The notes under the pieces were generated by a model. It was not told where the DNA came from. It was given only the letters and a program-made list of their open reading frames with translations, and searched no databases. DNA of 64,000 bases from Leptolyngbyaceae cyanobacterium (lineage in GTDB: Bacteria; Cyanobacteriota; Cyanobacteriia; Phormidesmidales; Phormidesmidaceae). A program made the translations under genes and the position numbers. This document shows, one piece after another, positions 61,689 through 64,000 of this stretch (position 1 is its first letter; each line of letters opens with the position of its first letter). Location of the stretch: NCBI GenBank assembly GCA_965263355.1, contig CBDHHL010000056.1, positions 2,432,001 to 2,496,000 on the forward strand, read 5' to 3'.

Positions 61689-62136
61689 CGAGCAATCTGC
61701 GTGAGGTGTGTTTGTTAGGTAGCTGCTGGATGTCTGGGAACGAGTAGACTAGAAGTCCAGAGTCAGTCATTTCGATTTCGGCTAAGTCTTGATGACATAG
61801 ATCTTTAAGGACTTCATGAGCTACAGCCTGTTCAATACCCAATTCGGAAATAATCTCAATTTCTGTGAGTTTTCCTTGGTTCGCCTGGGCTAACCTAAGA
61901 ATTTCTGACCGGAGTGTAACCAGTCGGGAATTCATGCTACGGGTTTTGAGGAGGTTGCGATCGCGCCAATGACCATGCAGTAATCCAATACCAGCTGCCA
62001 TGGGCAGCCCTACCCCTAAACCAAAGCTCATTACCTTAACGGTTTGAGACTGATCGTTGAGATCTGCTTTACTAAAACCCAGTAGCATAAAGGCCGAAAG
62101 ACTTAATAACCCAATTCCACTAAAGAGTTTATTCAT
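61681..62136 (-). CDS. Two-TM membrane protein with C-terminal winged-helix-like domain
   Basis: Two N-terminal TMs; ILRLAQANQGKLTEIEIISELGIEQAVAHEVLKDL...TDSGLLVYSF; overlaps the next gene by 8 bp. Confidence 0.7.
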   Translation of the reverse strand: MNKLFSGIGLLSLSAFMLLGFSKADLNDQSQTVKVMSFGLGVGLPMAAGIGLLHGHWRDRNLLKTRSMNSRLVTLRSEILRLAQANQGKLTEIEIISELGIEQAVAHEVLKDLCHQDLAEIEMTDSGLLVYSFPDIQQLPNKHTSRRLLDA

Positions 62137-62244
62137 AGAAAATTAGCTAGAGACTTTACGCCTATCCTAGCCAAGGGGTCGTACTACTTGCCAGTTTCAT
62201 TGCGGTGTGCAAGCTGGCCGTGAGTCGTAGTCAATATCGTAGGA

Positions 62245-63285
62245 TTAAATGCCTTTAAAGCTCACGGCTTCACTCATCTCTTTAGCTTTAGGACGTTGAG
62301 AAGGGCGTCTTAACTGATTTAAGCGCTGTACCCCAATTTGGTTTAAGACAATACCCCCTAGAATAACAACGCCGCCAAGATATTGACCAAATGTCGGCAC
62401 CTCACCCAATAATAAAAATGCCGATACAATTCCTACGATTGGGTTAAACGCAGTGGCAAATGAAACTTCACTAGCAGTGCTTCGTTTTAAGCCGTTAAAC
62501 CAAAATGACTGACCAGCCACAACAATCACAGCTGCATACAACACCATCCACTGCCACAAAAACGGAGCACTTACATCTATAAAATGTTCAGGGCCGTAAA
62601 GAACCACAGTGGCTCCAAAGAAGAAAACAGTTCCCACAAACATCCTAAAGACACTAAAAATTCCTAGCGGAATCTCACGCAAACTAATTTTGCTAATCAG
62701 GTTTGCCACAGCTTTGATAATCGCAGCAATCAATGTCAGCAAAGCCCCACGACCTATGGCCATACCCATACCCATGGAAACCATCTCAGTTCCAGGGGGC
62801 TGAATTAAAACTGTCAGCGCAACCCCAATAAATGAAACAATTGCCCCAGCCACGACCCACTTATTGACCCGATCACCTAACACCCACACTGATAATGCCA
62901 ACACCAGCGGCGTATCAATCTGGCTAATCAGCACTACATTGTTGACCGGAGTAATCGCCAGTGCTGTAAAGATTAGGGTGGGCACTACAGCAGCTCCCAA
63001 AACAGCTACTACAACCATAGAGAGCCAGTCTTGCCATTTAATTTGTCGCAGTGCTGGCCTACGCCACTCCCGACCATAGATAACAGCTAACAGGATCAGG
63101 GCACACAAATTACCAATAAATAATACATTGCAAAATGAAATAGGGTTGCGCCCATCAATTAGATTCATCTCCCCCAGATCAGTCAGCTTGCGAGTGACTG
63201 CATTGGCCGCACCAAATATAGCAATGGCCATTAAGAGATAGACCCTCCCTGAGGGTTGAAAACCTAATTTACTCATAGTTTGCAT
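62245..63285 (-). CDS. DMT/EamA-family transporter
   Basis: About 10 TMs, two EamA repeats, GRNPISFCNVLFIGNLCA. Confidence 0.9.
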   Translation of the reverse strand: MQTMSKLGFQPSGRVYLLMAIAIFGAANAVTRKLTDLGEMNLIDGRNPISFCNVLFIGNLCALILLAVIYGREWRRPALRQIKWQDWLSMVVVAVLGAAVVPTLIFTALAITPVNNVVLISQIDTPLVLALSVWVLGDRVNKWVVAGAIVSFIGVALTVLIQPPGTEMVSMGMGMAIGRGALLTLIAAIIKAVANLISKISLREIPLGIFSVFRMFVGTVFFFGATVVLYGPEHFIDVSAPFLWQWMVLYAAVIVVAGQSFWFNGLKRSTASEVSFATAFNPIVGIVSAFLLLGEVPTFGQYLGGVVILGGIVLNQIGVQRLNQLRRPSQRPKAKEMSEAVSFKGI

Positions 63286-63586
63286 GGGAGAGGCTCCTAG
63301 TCATAGTGGGCCAGCAGTGCTGCTATGTCGAATCCTGACTAGTTAACCGGCAGGCTCAAATCAAGGCAGTTCCTTTAGGGGTTATGTATCAAGGCGTTAT
63401 TAAAGCCTGATTAATAACGCACATAGTTTAGAACAGCGAGTAGTTTAGTGTGACGTTCATTTTATAAGACTGGCAGGATTTGGCAAGGGGCTAAGTTAGG
63501 GGATATCAGCAAACTGATACCATGCTCTAAACGTAAGCAATTTACCGATATACTGCTGCGGTCCACTAGCGTATTGGAGATCATCG

Positions 63587-64000
63587 ATGTCAGTTCAGTT
63601 CTGGGGTAGGCATAGTTGGCGAAAACCATGGCGCTCACTAGGTTGCTACATCAGCCTTTTTAGTCTGTGCCTGGTCTTTGCAGTTGCCTGTGGCGGTGGC
63701 AGTGGCGATGGACAACAGGAAGCAGCTACCACACCAGATGGTCGCGTGGCCATGGGAACTACGCTGAGTGCCCGTACCCTGGATCCTGCCGATGCCTATG
63801 AAATTTTTCCTGGCATCTTGCTATATAACTTGGGAGATCGCCTCTACACCTATGCGCCGGGTTCAACGACATTAGAACCCCAACTGGCCACAGAGATGCC
63901 CACCGTTAGTGAGGATGGTCTGATCTATGTCATTCCATTACGGGAAGGGGTGACGCTACACGATGGTTCAGCCTTTAATGCTGAGGTAATGGCGTTTTCC
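63587..64000 (+). CDS. Family-5 (peptide/oligopeptide) ABC substrate-binding lipoprotein, truncated by the window end
   Basis: Manual translation: GGAGA RBS, MSVQFWG...LVFAVAC lipobox, GTTLSARTLDPADAYE...PQLATEMPTVSEDGL..IPLREGVTLHDGSAFNAE. Confidence 0.88.
   Translation, partial: MSVQFWGRHSWRKPWRSLGCYISLFSLCLVFAVACGGGSGDGQQEAATTPDGRVAMGTTLSARTLDPADAYEIFPGILLYNLGDRLYTYAPGSTTLEPQLATEMPTVSEDGLIYVIPLREGVTLHDGSAFNAEVMAFS

Larger units (their letters stand above)
1..64000. repeat. HIP1 octamer GCGATCGC dispersed through the window
   Basis: More than 20 copies seen by eye (e.g. near 3311, 4241, 12488, 24854, 32471, 44379, 54951). Confidence 0.9.

Noticed and set aside
1..64000. tRNA, rRNA, transposase, integrase or prophage genes
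   Set aside because: No cloverleaf or T-loop signatures in intergenic regions, and no DDE, tyrosine/serine recombinase or phage structural ORFs were recognised.

Overview
Chromosomal window from a filamentous cyanobacterium. The evidence is more than 20 GCGATCGC HIP1 octamers, cyanobacterial-type FtsH, GlgA and GltX, and pentapeptide and two-partner-secretion proteins; a Leptolyngbyaceae-like lineage is an inference. Most of it is housekeeping or conserved genes: dusA, NFACT/rqcH, remA, sufE, hemC, glgA, gltX, ftsH, era, dnaB, rplI and gloB. Accessory genes include a MacB/TolC-type export operon, a clan-CD peptidase, a Ser/Thr kinase with a binding domain, a GH10 xylanase with RTX-like tail, and two tandem filamentous-haemagglutinin-family genes. 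No rRNA, tRNA, CRISPR array or transposase was found. Four signals stand out. (1) A module at 45.6-50.2 kb: a gene encoding HTH, degenerate STAND NTPase and WD40 domains, a downstream 416-aa unknown protein and a divergent 60-aa membrane peptide. The STAND and peptide genes are separated by a phased array of TATGACTTTTTA boxes: three direct copies 21 bp apart, one inverted copy and a fifth copy. (2) A tandem pair of NrdR-box-like palindromes 32 bp apart overlapping a sigma70-type promoter of dnaB. (3) A 185-aa DnaB mini-intein inserted at LRE/SGSIEQ instead of the usual cyanobacterial site. (4) Gene-conversion-like identity tracts and repeat mosaicism in the tandem TpsA genes. All product calls come from motif recognition by eye, with no database searches.
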